This document shows, one piece after another, positions 1 through 8,270 of a DNA stretch of 58,173 nucleotides. Where the stretch lies: the IMG/VR virus record IMGVR_UViG_3300027741_000073, positions 1 through 58,173 of that record. One strand, given 5' to 3'. This DNA comes from a virus. Lineage: Duplodnaviria > Caudoviricetes. Both the position numbers and the translations under genes were made by a program. Numbering within the stretch: the stretch's first letter is position 1; each line of letters begins with the position of its first letter. The notes below the pieces were generated by a model that was not told the origin of the DNA, ran no database searches, and was given only the letters and a program-made list of their open reading frames with translations.

Positions 1-16
1 TGTGTATTATGAAAAT

Positions 17-142
17 CTCCGTGAATCCATGCTCGATAAACTCTATCTTGCTGGTGATGCACAAGATGCCCTTGACTTAATCGAAAGCCTCTAATATGAA
101 ACAGTATACATTTGAACTAATTGAAAACTTCCCAGAACCCAC
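17..142. repeat. Exact 126-bp end overlap with 58048-58173 (circular assembly)
   Basis: 17-142 is identical to 58048-58173; positions 1-16 match 58032-58047 with 4 mismatches. Confidence 0.95.
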
Positions 143-365
143 TGAGGATAAATACAATCATAAAGCCTACCCTGTCTCAGGTGTATACAAGTTTCCTGAT
201 TCAGGAACTCTATACTTCATAGACAAAGAGTATGGCACTGTAAACACAGTGTATGGTAACTATAACAGTTTCCTAACTGTCTCTGATAAATCAGCAGAAG
301 AACCTTCCGTTGCCTTATCTCTCTTCCTCTCAACTGTAGCAGCCTCACACGGACATAAACTATGA
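96..365 (+). CDS. hypothetical early protein
   Basis: ORF directly after the stop of the 57748-58125 gene; overlaps the next start (ATGA). Confidence 0.7.
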   Translation: MKQYTFELIENFPEPTEDKYNHKAYPVSGVYKFPDSGTLYFIDKEYGTVNTVYGNYNSFLTVSDKSAEEPSVALSLFLSTVAASHGHKL

Positions 366-550
366 AGAAAAAATACCTCTGCATCTATGATCATGACCAT
401 TACACTCAAGGTGATTCTGTAGAAGATGCCTTTGATGAAATGCAAAGTCAATACAGTCAAGTCGAAATTGATGACTGTGAATTCTTCGAACTCTTCCCTC
501 TCCACGTTGAACGTGAAGTTGTTTGGAATATCCAAGGAGTACAACAATAA
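362..550 (+). CDS. hypothetical acidic protein
   Basis: Coupled start/stop overlaps at both ends. Confidence 0.7.
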   Translation: MKKKYLCIYDHDHYTQGDSVEDAFDEMQSQYSQVEIDDCEFFELFPLHVEREVVWNIQGVQQ

Positions 551-837
551 TGGGTGCAACAACATTCGTAGTGCATAGCTCGGGGGCAACCCCTGCTAAA
601 GCATTCTCTACTGCTATCCAAGATGCCTTCTGGACTTATGGTCATCAAGGTTATACAGGTAGTATCTGTGAGAAAACTGACTTTGTTATGATTGATCCAC
701 CTAAAGAAGTTAAACTCTATGAATGGATTGATGAACAACTCGAGGACAATGATCTAATAGATGATAAATGGGGTCCAGCAGGATGCGTACAAGTCTCTGA
801 GACTAACTATGTATTCTTCGGCTGGGCATCATGTTAG
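550..837 (+). CDS. hypothetical phage protein
   Basis: TAATG coupling at 550; MGATTF...FFGWASC. Confidence 0.75.
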   Translation: MGATTFVVHSSGATPAKAFSTAIQDAFWTYGHQGYTGSICEKTDFVMIDPPKEVKLYEWIDEQLEDNDLIDDKWGPAGCVQVSETNYVFFGWASC

Positions 838-911
838 TATTATCAAAAACAGAAAAGTCAATGTATCAAATACAAAGACTTAATGACGGAATACAACCAA
901 AAGAACCTAAA

Positions 912-1340
912 ATGAAACAACATATCAAAGAAATGTGGCTTAATGCCCTTAGATCAGGTGAGTACCTTCAAGGTAAAGACTCTCTTCAACCTGCACCTAA
1001 CACCTTCTGTTGTTTAGGTGTGTTATGTGACATTGCTATTAAAGAAAATGCTGTAAACAACGGACATTGGATTGAGGCTGATGAAGGTAATGGACTTAAA
1101 TTCGCTAGCGGTATGCTTAGTAATGAACCAGACTTCTATCGCCAGTCCTATGAAGAAGAAGAAGATGGTGAATTACCTAGAACTGTCCGTAGATGGGCTG
1201 AAATTGACTCCTGTAATCCACAAGTCCTCGTAACTATAAACGAAGAAGGTCATCAAAAACAACTCAGCCTAGCTGAACTAAACGATACATGGAACTACGA
1301 CTTTAAAAAGATAGCTGACCTTATCGAACATCAACTATGA
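912..1340 (+). CDS. hypothetical phage protein (W..ALRSGEY.QG / FCCLGVLC type)
   Basis: Motifs of a type common in phage early genes; start placed at MKQHIK, uncertain. Confidence 0.75.
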   Translation: MKQHIKEMWLNALRSGEYLQGKDSLQPAPNTFCCLGVLCDIAIKENAVNNGHWIEADEGNGLKFASGMLSNEPDFYRQSYEEEEDGELPRTVRRWAEIDSCNPQVLVTINEEGHQKQLSLAELNDTWNYDFKKIADLIEHQL

Positions 1341-1507
1341 AATACAAAGACATCAAAGATTTCCTACAAAGATGCGAAGAACATCCAGACCACCAAACAG
1401 GCATGATTAGCGAAGGCATGATTCAAGCCCGTTTGTCTGAGGAAATCGATGAACTTCGTGCATACATTGAAACCAAACTAAAAGAAAAAGCAAATGACAC
1501 GCTCTGA
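1337..1507 (+). CDS. small hypothetical protein (56 aa)
   Basis: Read by hand; ATGA overlap with the previous gene. Confidence 0.6.
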   Translation: MKYKDIKDFLQRCEEHPDHQTGMISEGMIQARLSEEIDELRAYIETKLKEKANDTL

Positions 1508-1661
1508 AGTAATAGCTGACCTTTGTAATGAAGGTCCCTACTGCTGCTACTGTTGTGACCCTCAAGGTAGTAAAATATCTTGTTGCCAAGAAAACCATTT
1601 TGTACCATTCGAAGATCTCTACTACGATGATCAAGAACATTTAATAGAAAGCTATCAATGA
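1494..1661 (+). CDS. small Cys-rich protein (55 aa)
   Basis: Read by hand: MTRSEVIADLCNEGPYCCYCCDPQGSKISCCQENHF...; its stop overlaps the next ATG. Confidence 0.6.
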   Translation: MTRSEVIADLCNEGPYCCYCCDPQGSKISCCQENHFVPFEDLYYDDQEHLIESYQ

Positions 1662-1963
1662 GACATCCACACTATGACCTTATCCTCCAATGGGCTGAAG
1701 GTGAAGCTATCGAATACTTTAACAAAGATGAAGATTGCTGGGAAGAAATAACTATCGGTGCGCCAGGATGGATTGAAGATATAAAGTACCGTGTTAAACC
1801 TAAACAAACAGAACAGTTCTTCAACAAAGCCTTTGTTATCGACCATATCAAGTCCCATGGTTCCTACAAACGCAGAAGCGGTGACTCCCTAAAGCTAGTA
1901 TGGGAAGGTCAAGAGCTTATCGCTGCAATAGCAATTAACCCAAATGCAATTATCGGAGTTTAA
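1658..1963 (+). CDS. hypothetical protein
   Basis: ORF in a tightly packed early operon. Confidence 0.7.
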   Translation: MRHPHYDLILQWAEGEAIEYFNKDEDCWEEITIGAPGWIEDIKYRVKPKQTEQFFNKAFVIDHIKSHGSYKRRSGDSLKLVWEGQELIAAIAINPNAIIGV

Positions 1964-1964
1964 A

Positions 1965-2144
1965 ATGAAATTTACATTTAAATGTTATAATGAATACGAT
2001 AACTCAAGCGTAACTATCGAGTTTGATGCAATAGCCCTACATGAAGTGCTTGAACAATTCAAAAACTTCCTGTCAGGCGCATCATTTGTCATTGATCCTT
2101 TCTCTCACTTGGAGCTTGTAAACGATGAAACCAATAACAACTAA
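1965..2144 (+). CDS. hypothetical protein
   Basis: GGAG upstream of the ATG at 1965. Confidence 0.65.
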   Translation: MKFTFKCYNEYDNSSVTIEFDAIALHEVLEQFKNFLSGASFVIDPFSHLELVNDETNNN

Positions 2145-2337
2145 AAACTACGAAATATTCTTTAACAAAGCTTACTTCGAACATAACGCTTATGGTGAAG
2201 ATGAAGCTGGTAGTATGTGGTTTAACAGTAATGGTGTACTAACAGACTATGATGGTGTATTTGAACTACCCAAAGAAATCATTGCAGCCTTTGAACAACT
2301 AGGCTACAATATGGATTGGGCTAAAGACGATGTATAA
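2125..2337 (+). CDS. hypothetical protein
   Basis: GGAG RBS; overlaps neighbouring genes. Confidence 0.7.
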   Translation: MKPITTKNYEIFFNKAYFEHNAYGEDEAGSMWFNSNGVLTDYDGVFELPKEIIAAFEQLGYNMDWAKDDV

Positions 2338-2656
2338 ACCAGACCTGTGGATGATAGTAAAGTTCAATGAAGGAACTGACAATAAAGTATACTACAGAGT
2401 CCTAGCATCATGGCAAGGAGGATACCTTGATGGTGACTCATGGCGTATGAACTCAGGTATCACTAAAGCTGAACAAGAAGGTGACTATACCCTCTTCCAC
2501 GGTAGTAGTGGTTCTATATACCGCTGTCATAAAAAGAGCTATGGTGGTTCAGCTTATGCCTGTAGTATACTGCAACTAATGAGAGACAAACAACCCTCTC
2601 TTAACATGACAGTAATGTCCTCTGAAACAAACTTCTTGGAGCTAGAGTATGAGTGA
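2330..2656 (+). CDS. conserved phage hypothetical protein
   Basis: PD.W...YRVLASW.GGYLDGDSWRMNSGI motif of a type common in phages. Confidence 0.75.
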   Translation: MYKPDLWMIVKFNEGTDNKVYYRVLASWQGGYLDGDSWRMNSGITKAEQEGDYTLFHGSSGSIYRCHKKSYGGSAYACSILQLMRDKQPSLNMTVMSSETNFLELEYE

Positions 2657-2786
2657 TGTAGAAAAGTACTATGCAAAAATGCAAGAGTACTTCCCTCAAA
2701 GCCGTCCTTGGACAGCATTAAATCCTATGGAACAAATGCAGATTGTCCAAGCTATCAACATGACTATACAGGTACTATCACAATGA
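2649..2786 (+). CDS. small hypothetical protein (45 aa)
   Basis: Read by hand; fills the gap with overlaps on both sides. Confidence 0.55.
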   Translation: MSDVEKYYAKMQEYFPQSRPWTALNPMEQMQIVQAINMTIQVLSQ

Positions 2787-3025
2787 GTACATTTACATTT
2801 GAATACGAAGCAAGCAGCACTATCTTTAATGTTGAAGTTGAATATGAGCCTGCTGAAATAGGTTCTACTGACTCTTACGGTTTAAAGAATGAGCCTGACT
2901 ATCCTGAACTCTATATCGTAACAAAAGTTACTTTACCAAACTCTGACGTAGACCTCTCACCCTACCTTGCTGAAGACATTCTCTTCGACATGGAAGACCA
3001 AGCTAAGCTAGGTGAATGCGTATGA
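2783..3025 (+). CDS. hypothetical acidic protein
   Basis: ATGA coupling with the previous ORF. Confidence 0.65.
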   Translation: MSTFTFEYEASSTIFNVEVEYEPAEIGSTDSYGLKNEPDYPELYIVTKVTLPNSDVDLSPYLAEDILFDMEDQAKLGECV

Positions 3026-3324
3026 CTATAATAAAGAAACGAATGGGCGCTCCAGCTGAAGTCCTTCAAATAGGACAAGATGCTTTAGCCCTGTGGCGTA
3101 AAAAACGTGACCATGCTAAACGTAAAGGAGGTAAAGTACTTGAAGCATGGAATAAAGCACAAGAAGAAAAGAAACGAATCGTCAACTCACCTACACGAGC
3201 AATCCGTGACTTCTGTACACAGTGTGTTGGTTCAAGATATGCTGTAAATGACTGTAAAGGCTATACATGTCCTCTATACAAGTACAGACCTTATCAAAAA
3301 GGAACTGAAAATGAAACTGTATGA
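3022..3324 (+). CDS. putative Zn-binding basic protein
   Basis: AIRDFCTQC...C....CPLYKYRP, four Cys. Confidence 0.7.
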   Translation: MTIIKKRMGAPAEVLQIGQDALALWRKKRDHAKRKGGKVLEAWNKAQEEKKRIVNSPTRAIRDFCTQCVGSRYAVNDCKGYTCPLYKYRPYQKGTENETV

Positions 3325-3505
3325 TCTTAAAAGACGTAGTTATTTTAAACTAAACAACCATGATGGAGGTGAAACATTCTTCTTTGACCATATTGACGGA
3401 ATGTACTCATTCTGTACTGACAAAGATAATAATGTTGTACACTTTTGTGCATGGGAAGAAGTAACTGAAGTACCCGCACCATATGATAGCGTACAAACTG
3501 TTTAA
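3311..3505 (+). CDS. hypothetical protein
   Basis: AAGGA RBS before MKLYDL. Confidence 0.65.
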   Translation: MKLYDLKRRSYFKLNNHDGGETFFFDHIDGMYSFCTDKDNNVVHFCAWEEVTEVPAPYDSVQTV

Positions 3506-3782
3506 TAAACGAAAAGATGGTACATATGGACCACTCTTTATTAATCGTAAACAAAGACTCATAACTGATGAATGGTATGCTGCTGAAGAACATCCAACCA
3601 AAGGTTATGCTTATAGACCAGGATGGCATTGCTGTCATTCTAAGTCTGCTCCACATCTATCTGAAAAGAATAGAGTATGGTGTGAAGTTGATATCAACGA
3701 CTTCACTGAACATGTAAGACCTGCTAGCCAAGGCGGTGTATGGTATACCGCTAACTGGCTACGTATCGTAAAGGAAATGTAA
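3483..3782 (+). CDS. conserved phage hypothetical protein
   Basis: AYKLF...GPLFIN...RPGWHC...QGGVWY motif. Confidence 0.7.
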   Translation: MIAYKLFNKRKDGTYGPLFINRKQRLITDEWYAAEEHPTKGYAYRPGWHCCHSKSAPHLSEKNRVWCEVDINDFTEHVRPASQGGVWYTANWLRIVKEM

Positions 3783-4225
3783 TGAAACACTTCCCTCACT
3801 CACAGCATGTATACTTAGCTGGAGGTATCGAAGGACTCACTTATGAAGAAGCTACAACATGGCGTAACTACGTAAAGTCTTCTCTTATCCCATGTAACAT
3901 AGACTGTCTAGACCCTACACGTAGAACCTCTTTCATAGAAAATAAATCTACGTTTACCCTGACAAACAACTCAGGTAGAATCTTCAAGAGTGATCTACAA
4001 GACATCCACTACTCCTCCGTTATCCTTGCCGACCTACGTGATAGTATGGCAGGTAAAAAATGGGGTACAGTATGCGAAATCGCTCATGCTCATACAAAAA
4101 ACAAGATCATCATCTGTATTATGGATGCTGATCAGTTTGAGCATCCCTTCATTGTTCAGTATGCTACTGAAATCCACCACAACATTAACTCTGCTATTGA
4201 AGCAGTTAAAGAGTACTATATATGA
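3782..4225 (+). CDS. nucleoside 2-deoxyribosyltransferase-like protein
   Basis: VYLAGGI...W...LDP...DL.DI..S.VILA...GT..EIA.A pattern. Confidence 0.75.
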   Translation: MKHFPHSQHVYLAGGIEGLTYEEATTWRNYVKSSLIPCNIDCLDPTRRTSFIENKSTFTLTNNSGRIFKSDLQDIHYSSVILADLRDSMAGKKWGTVCEIAHAHTKNKIIICIMDADQFEHPFIVQYATEIHHNINSAIEAVKEYYI

Positions 4226-4313
4226 TTCTAAACATATTCACTTGCATTATACTCTTGGCAACAGTTGCTGTACTCGCAGTAATACTATTCACACAAACTA
4301 AAGTAAATATCTA

Positions 4314-4556
4314 ATGCCATATATTAAAGAAAAAGATCGTGAATCAGCTCACATGCTTCAGTATGAACCTCACACAGCAGGTGAACTAAACTTTCTTATC
4401 ACAACATTCATCCGAGACTACTACCTCAGAAAGCCTTGTTATCAAACAATCAATGACGTAGTCGGTGCCTTAGAGGGAGCTAAACTCGAATTCTATCGTA
4501 GAATAGCTGCCCCTTATGAAGATATCAAAATCAAAGAAAATGGAGATGTATACTAA
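4314..4556 (+). CDS. conserved phage protein
   Basis: MPYIK...GELNFLIT...GALEGAKLEFYRR..APYED.KI.ENGDVY pattern. Confidence 0.75.
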   Translation: MPYIKEKDRESAHMLQYEPHTAGELNFLITTFIRDYYLRKPCYQTINDVVGALEGAKLEFYRRIAAPYEDIKIKENGDVY

Positions 4557-4951
4557 TGAACATAGATAATGACAAAGAGTTATGGCGTCACCAACCACCT
4601 ATCGGTCGTGATGGAAGATACATATCAGACTTCTATGATGAATACGCTCATAAACAACTATGGCCTGACACATTTGCTAAAGCCTATAACCAAGAAATTG
4701 ATGACAACATGACAACTGAAAATGATGCTATCAACCCCAAACACTACAAAGATGTAGCCTACGGTTATCAGTACATGGAACTGATGGTACCTATGCTAGC
4801 ACGCTTTGATGGTGTAGAAGCCCACTTAATGGGTCAAGTATATAAATACTTAATGCGATCTAAACTCAAAGATCCCTTTGTACAAGACTTAACTAAAGCC
4901 AAATGGTACTTAGACAAACTAATTGAGGTCGCTCAATGTCCCAAATCCTAA
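4556..4951 (+). CDS. DUF3310 / T7 gp1.7-like nucleotide kinase domain protein
   Basis: INPKHY...KYL.R..K...QDL.KAKWYL motif. Confidence 0.75.
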   Translation: MNIDNDKELWRHQPPIGRDGRYISDFYDEYAHKQLWPDTFAKAYNQEIDDNMTTENDAINPKHYKDVAYGYQYMELMVPMLARFDGVEAHLMGQVYKYLMRSKLKDPFVQDLTKAKWYLDKLIEVAQCPKS

Positions 4952-5235
4952 TAGCTATCATAGGATTAGTGTACCTAGCTATCTGTATCGAGCAAGTATT
5001 CAAAGGTAACACTGCAATGTCTATAACATACTTCGGATATGCCGTTGGTAACATCGGCTTATACAAACTAGCATCATGAAACTTCAAAAAGTAAACCTAT
5101 TCGCAACAATGGATTCTATACAAGAAGCCCTTGATTATGGAGTACAAGTAGGTATGGGTACAGCAAATCCTGCTGCTGTAACTACTGCTCTCTATGTACT
5201 CTTTAACACAATGGTTGAAGAATTCAATAAGCAAA

Positions 5236-5844
5236 ATGAATCTAATTAAAACCGTTAAACGCTGGGTCGCTGGTAGTGATAAATACTTTGATATCTATGA
5301 ATGCACTGTAGATGAAGTAGAAGCATATACCTCTGACACAGGTAAGTCTATGACTAAGGTTAAAGTTAATGACGTAGAGTATACAGGACTTCATAACAAA
5401 TGGGTCTATGATTATCTCTGCGCTAACGAAGGTACTCCCTCATTCGTAGTAATGTGGCGAGCACCTAAAGGTAAACCTATGGTTGCATACGTTAAAGAAA
5501 TATGGCAAGATCATATCAATGGCGTATATAATACAGAAGTTCCTCAAGAAACAGAAGCATATCCTTCTATAGGAGGAGAATCTTTTGTATATATGTGGAT
5601 AAATAAAGATACTGATAAAAAGTATATTGGTAAACATAAAGGTTTACCTGATGACGGCTACATCTGTTCTTCAGAAACTATGCTTGCTGAATATGAAGAA
5701 GCCCCATCAAGGTTTATACGTACTATCTTAGCATATGGTGCTGATCAAGAGATGCATGAGCTAGAAACTATACTACTGCTTCAACTTAAATCTACTCGTT
5801 CACATATGTTCTATAACATGAGTAACAACTTAAGGAAAGACTAA
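5236..5844 (+). CDS. two-domain protein with a C-terminal GIY-YIG-like domain
   Basis: SFVYMWINKDTDKKYIGKH...DDGYICSS...E...YN. Confidence 0.65.
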   Translation: MNLIKTVKRWVAGSDKYFDIYECTVDEVEAYTSDTGKSMTKVKVNDVEYTGLHNKWVYDYLCANEGTPSFVVMWRAPKGKPMVAYVKEIWQDHINGVYNTEVPQETEAYPSIGGESFVYMWINKDTDKKYIGKHKGLPDDGYICSSETMLAEYEEAPSRFIRTILAYGADQEMHELETILLLQLKSTRSHMFYNMSNNLRKD

Positions 5845-6080
5845 TGGCTCAAGTATTATTTAATCATAAATACTTTATTGGTGATGATGTATATGTAAAA
5901 AATGCTGATGGCTCAGTAAAGAAAACTAAAATAATCAACATTCAGTACATTATACATGATAAAGAAAATTCTGCTGTAAGATACTATGTAGATACACTGT
6001 ACTCTAGTAACTCTACACTAGTAGAATCCCTTATATACTCAACTGCGGAGGAAGCTTTCAATGGTAACAGTGCAACTTAA
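5844..6080 (+). CDS. hypothetical protein
   Basis: TAATG coupling. Confidence 0.65.
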   Translation: MAQVLFNHKYFIGDDVYVKNADGSVKKTKIINIQYIIHDKENSAVRYYVDTLYSSNSTLVESLIYSTAEEAFNGNSAT

Positions 6081-6270
6081 CAGCGAACAAACTGATGCTA
6101 TAACAGCATCAACTATTCGTAATTTATACTTTGATATCATTAACAATCTAGACTGTGGTATTCTATTGTTTGCTGATAATAGAGAAGAAGATATAATTCT
6201 TACACAAACCTTTATGAAAAACCTATCTGAAGTGCATAATTACTTTGTAACTGAGGAACATTACATATGA
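6061..6270 (+). CDS. hypothetical protein
   Basis: GGAGG RBS. Confidence 0.65.
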   Translation: MVTVQLNSEQTDAITASTIRNLYFDIINNLDCGILLFADNREEDIILTQTFMKNLSEVHNYFVTEEHYI

Positions 6271-6611
6271 CAGTAACTGAGATTGAAGAACACACAGATG
6301 GTAGTGCTACAATAGTGTTCGATATTAATGCAGAAGAACGCTCTACGTTTATAGAAGCAGCTATTGTACGTGCTATTAAGCTGGGTCTTGAACAAGATCA
6401 AGACGAACCTACTATGTATGACTATGTAAGGCGTCTAATCAAACTTCTTGACATGAAAGAAGAAAGTAATGGTGGACACATGTTTCACCCTACATACATT
6501 ACATCATGCAGAGTGATGCATGTCAAAGAACTCGATACTATCCTTGACGGGATGAAAGAGTTACTAAGCAAACCAACCGTTCCCGAGACGGTACCTTATG
6601 AGAACACATAA
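6267..6611 (+). CDS. hypothetical protein
   Basis: ATGA overlap; GAGGA RBS. Confidence 0.65.
   Translation: MTVTEIEEHTDGSATIVFDINAEERSTFIEAAIVRAIKLGLEQDQDEPTMYDYVRRLIKLLDMKEESNGGHMFHPTYITSCRVMHVKELDTILDGMKELLSKPTVPETVPYENT
6586..6602 (+). promoter_or_regulatory. degenerate copy of the putative phage RNAP promoter (AGACGGTACCTTATGAG)
   Basis: Resembles AGTCGGTACCTAATAG; lies upstream of the nucleotide-metabolism and replication genes. Confidence 0.4.
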
Positions 6612-6753
6612 TGAAAACAGCTGTAACTGTAGTAGTATACATGAACGACTCATTCAGGAAAGATGACATAGAAACTATTCTATGGCACTCATTCGATAAA
6701 GTTCTACACGAAGATGAATCATACCAGATAGTCTCAGTAGAGGAGCTTGAAGA

Positions 6754-7023
6754 GTGCAGTTAATTCCCGTAGCAACTCAAGAAGAATGTGCTGAAGTAAT
6801 TCAGGCTATCAGTAAAGTGTTTAGGTTCTCACTAACAACACCTCACCCTGAGACTGGTGTTACTAACAAGGAACATTTAGAGACAGAGATAGGGCAACTT
6901 AAGTGTATGCTCGATCTGTTGTCTCATAAATGGGACTTAAGCAATGCTGCTATTAACCGTTCATATGACTTAAAGTTAATAAACTATAATCGTTGGGATA
7001 AAGAACATGGAGTATTATCATGA
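6754..7023 (+). CDS. MazG-like NTP pyrophosphohydrolase
   Basis: EECAEVIQAISK..R...LETEIGQL pattern; the usual second-motif Asp appears as Gln. Confidence 0.6.
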   Translation: MQLIPVATQEECAEVIQAISKVFRFSLTTPHPETGVTNKEHLETEIGQLKCMLDLLSHKWDLSNAAINRSYDLKLINYNRWDKEHGVLS

Positions 7024-7164
7024 TAGTGGATACAACTATTGAAGACGAAGTACTTATAACAATGGTGCTTAAGAAACCATTTACTATGGAACAGCGAGCT
7101 GAGTTTGATCAAATCTTAGATCACTGTTTTGGTTTTGAAGAAGACTATAATAGAAAGGTAACTA

Positions 7165-7623
7165 ATGAAATCTCAACGTGACTGGGATGAATTCTATTTA
7201 AGCATATGCGACTTGATCTCCAATCAAAGCTATGCTGAAGACCGTAAAGTAGGTGCTATCATTGTTAAAGATGATAACATTATTTCATTTTCTTATAATG
7301 GAACACCAAGGAAAACTGACAATGATACCCAAAGTAATATTGTATTACATGCAGAAGCTCAAGCAATTGCTAAGGTGGCACGAACAAACAGCAGTACTAT
7401 TGATGCTACTCTTTACTGTACCCTTAGTCCTTGCATTGACTGTTCTAAACTTATATATTCAGTAGGTATTAAACGAATAGTCTATAAGTGGCTCTACAAA
7501 GATACTACTGGTTTAGACTTTCTACGTAAGAATAACGTAGCAATAAACCAGAATGATGGTCATAATAATCTTGCTGATTCAGCTTGGCTAGCCAATACAG
7601 GGTTACTCAAAGATGACTTCTGA
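7165..7623 (+). CDS. dCMP deaminase
   Basis: KVGAIIV...YNG...HAEAQAI...SPCIDC zinc deaminase motifs. Confidence 0.9.
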   Translation: MKSQRDWDEFYLSICDLISNQSYAEDRKVGAIIVKDDNIISFSYNGTPRKTDNDTQSNIVLHAEAQAIAKVARTNSSTIDATLYCTLSPCIDCSKLIYSVGIKRIVYKWLYKDTTGLDFLRKNNVAINQNDGHNNLADSAWLANTGLLKDDF

Positions 7624-7795
7624 GTGGTCTTATATTTTATTACTTGTATTTTTATTTTACAACTTATACTTACAACATAAGCTCAATGAGTTTAAAGAAA
7701 CTATAGAAGACCAAGCTGAAACAATGACAATGATGGCTAAAGAACTTAATGCTCTTGGCTCTCCTAACGTATCGTTTCAATATGTCTCTGAGTAG
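7613..7795 (+). CDS. small membrane-anchored coiled-coil protein
   Basis: N-terminal hydrophobic helix followed by a polar helix. Confidence 0.6.
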   Translation: MTSEWSYILLLVFLFYNLYLQHKLNEFKETIEDQAETMTMMAKELNALGSPNVSFQYVSE

Positions 7796-8270
7796 TAAGT
7801 ACAATATTATAAAGGTACAAGTATCCTGCGTACCTAACTATGAAAAAGAAATTAAATTATTATTCTTTAGAATACTAGATGACTACATAAATAGATTTAA
7901 TGTAGAAATAGTAGTTGATAAAGCAAATATACAAATATGTTTTATTGAGTATGATGACCCTAAAGGTGAGACTTGTGGGCTACATATATTCAGTGAAGAT
8001 AATAAAAAGATCTTAATACAAATAAGAGATCCTCTTTTACATGGTTGGGAAGGTAACCCTTACACAATGGATAAAATGGCTAACATAGTATGCCATGAAT
8101 TCGTTCATGCTTGCCAAGCTCTAACTGGCAGAAATGGTTTTAGTATTCCTAAATTAAACTACAATAAAAATGATGAACAAGAACAATACTTCTTTGACCC
8201 CTGTGAAGTGGAAGCAAGAGCACTTGAAGCTCCCTACACAACGATGTATGCTCAGGCACTACTGCTATGA
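7782..8270 (+). CDS. putative zincin-type metallopeptidase
   Basis: HEFVH motif plus downstream PCEVEA. Confidence 0.6.
   Translation: MSLSSKYNIIKVQVSCVPNYEKEIKLLFFRILDDYINRFNVEIVVDKANIQICFIEYDDPKGETCGLHIFSEDNKKILIQIRDPLLHGWEGNPYTMDKMANIVCHEFVHACQALTGRNGFSIPKLNYNKNDEQEQYFFDPCEVEARALEAPYTTMYAQALLL

Noticed and set aside
17-142. End repeat as a biological direct terminal repeat
   Set aside because: It falls within and between ordinary coding genes and has k-mer-like length; better explained as circular assembly overlap
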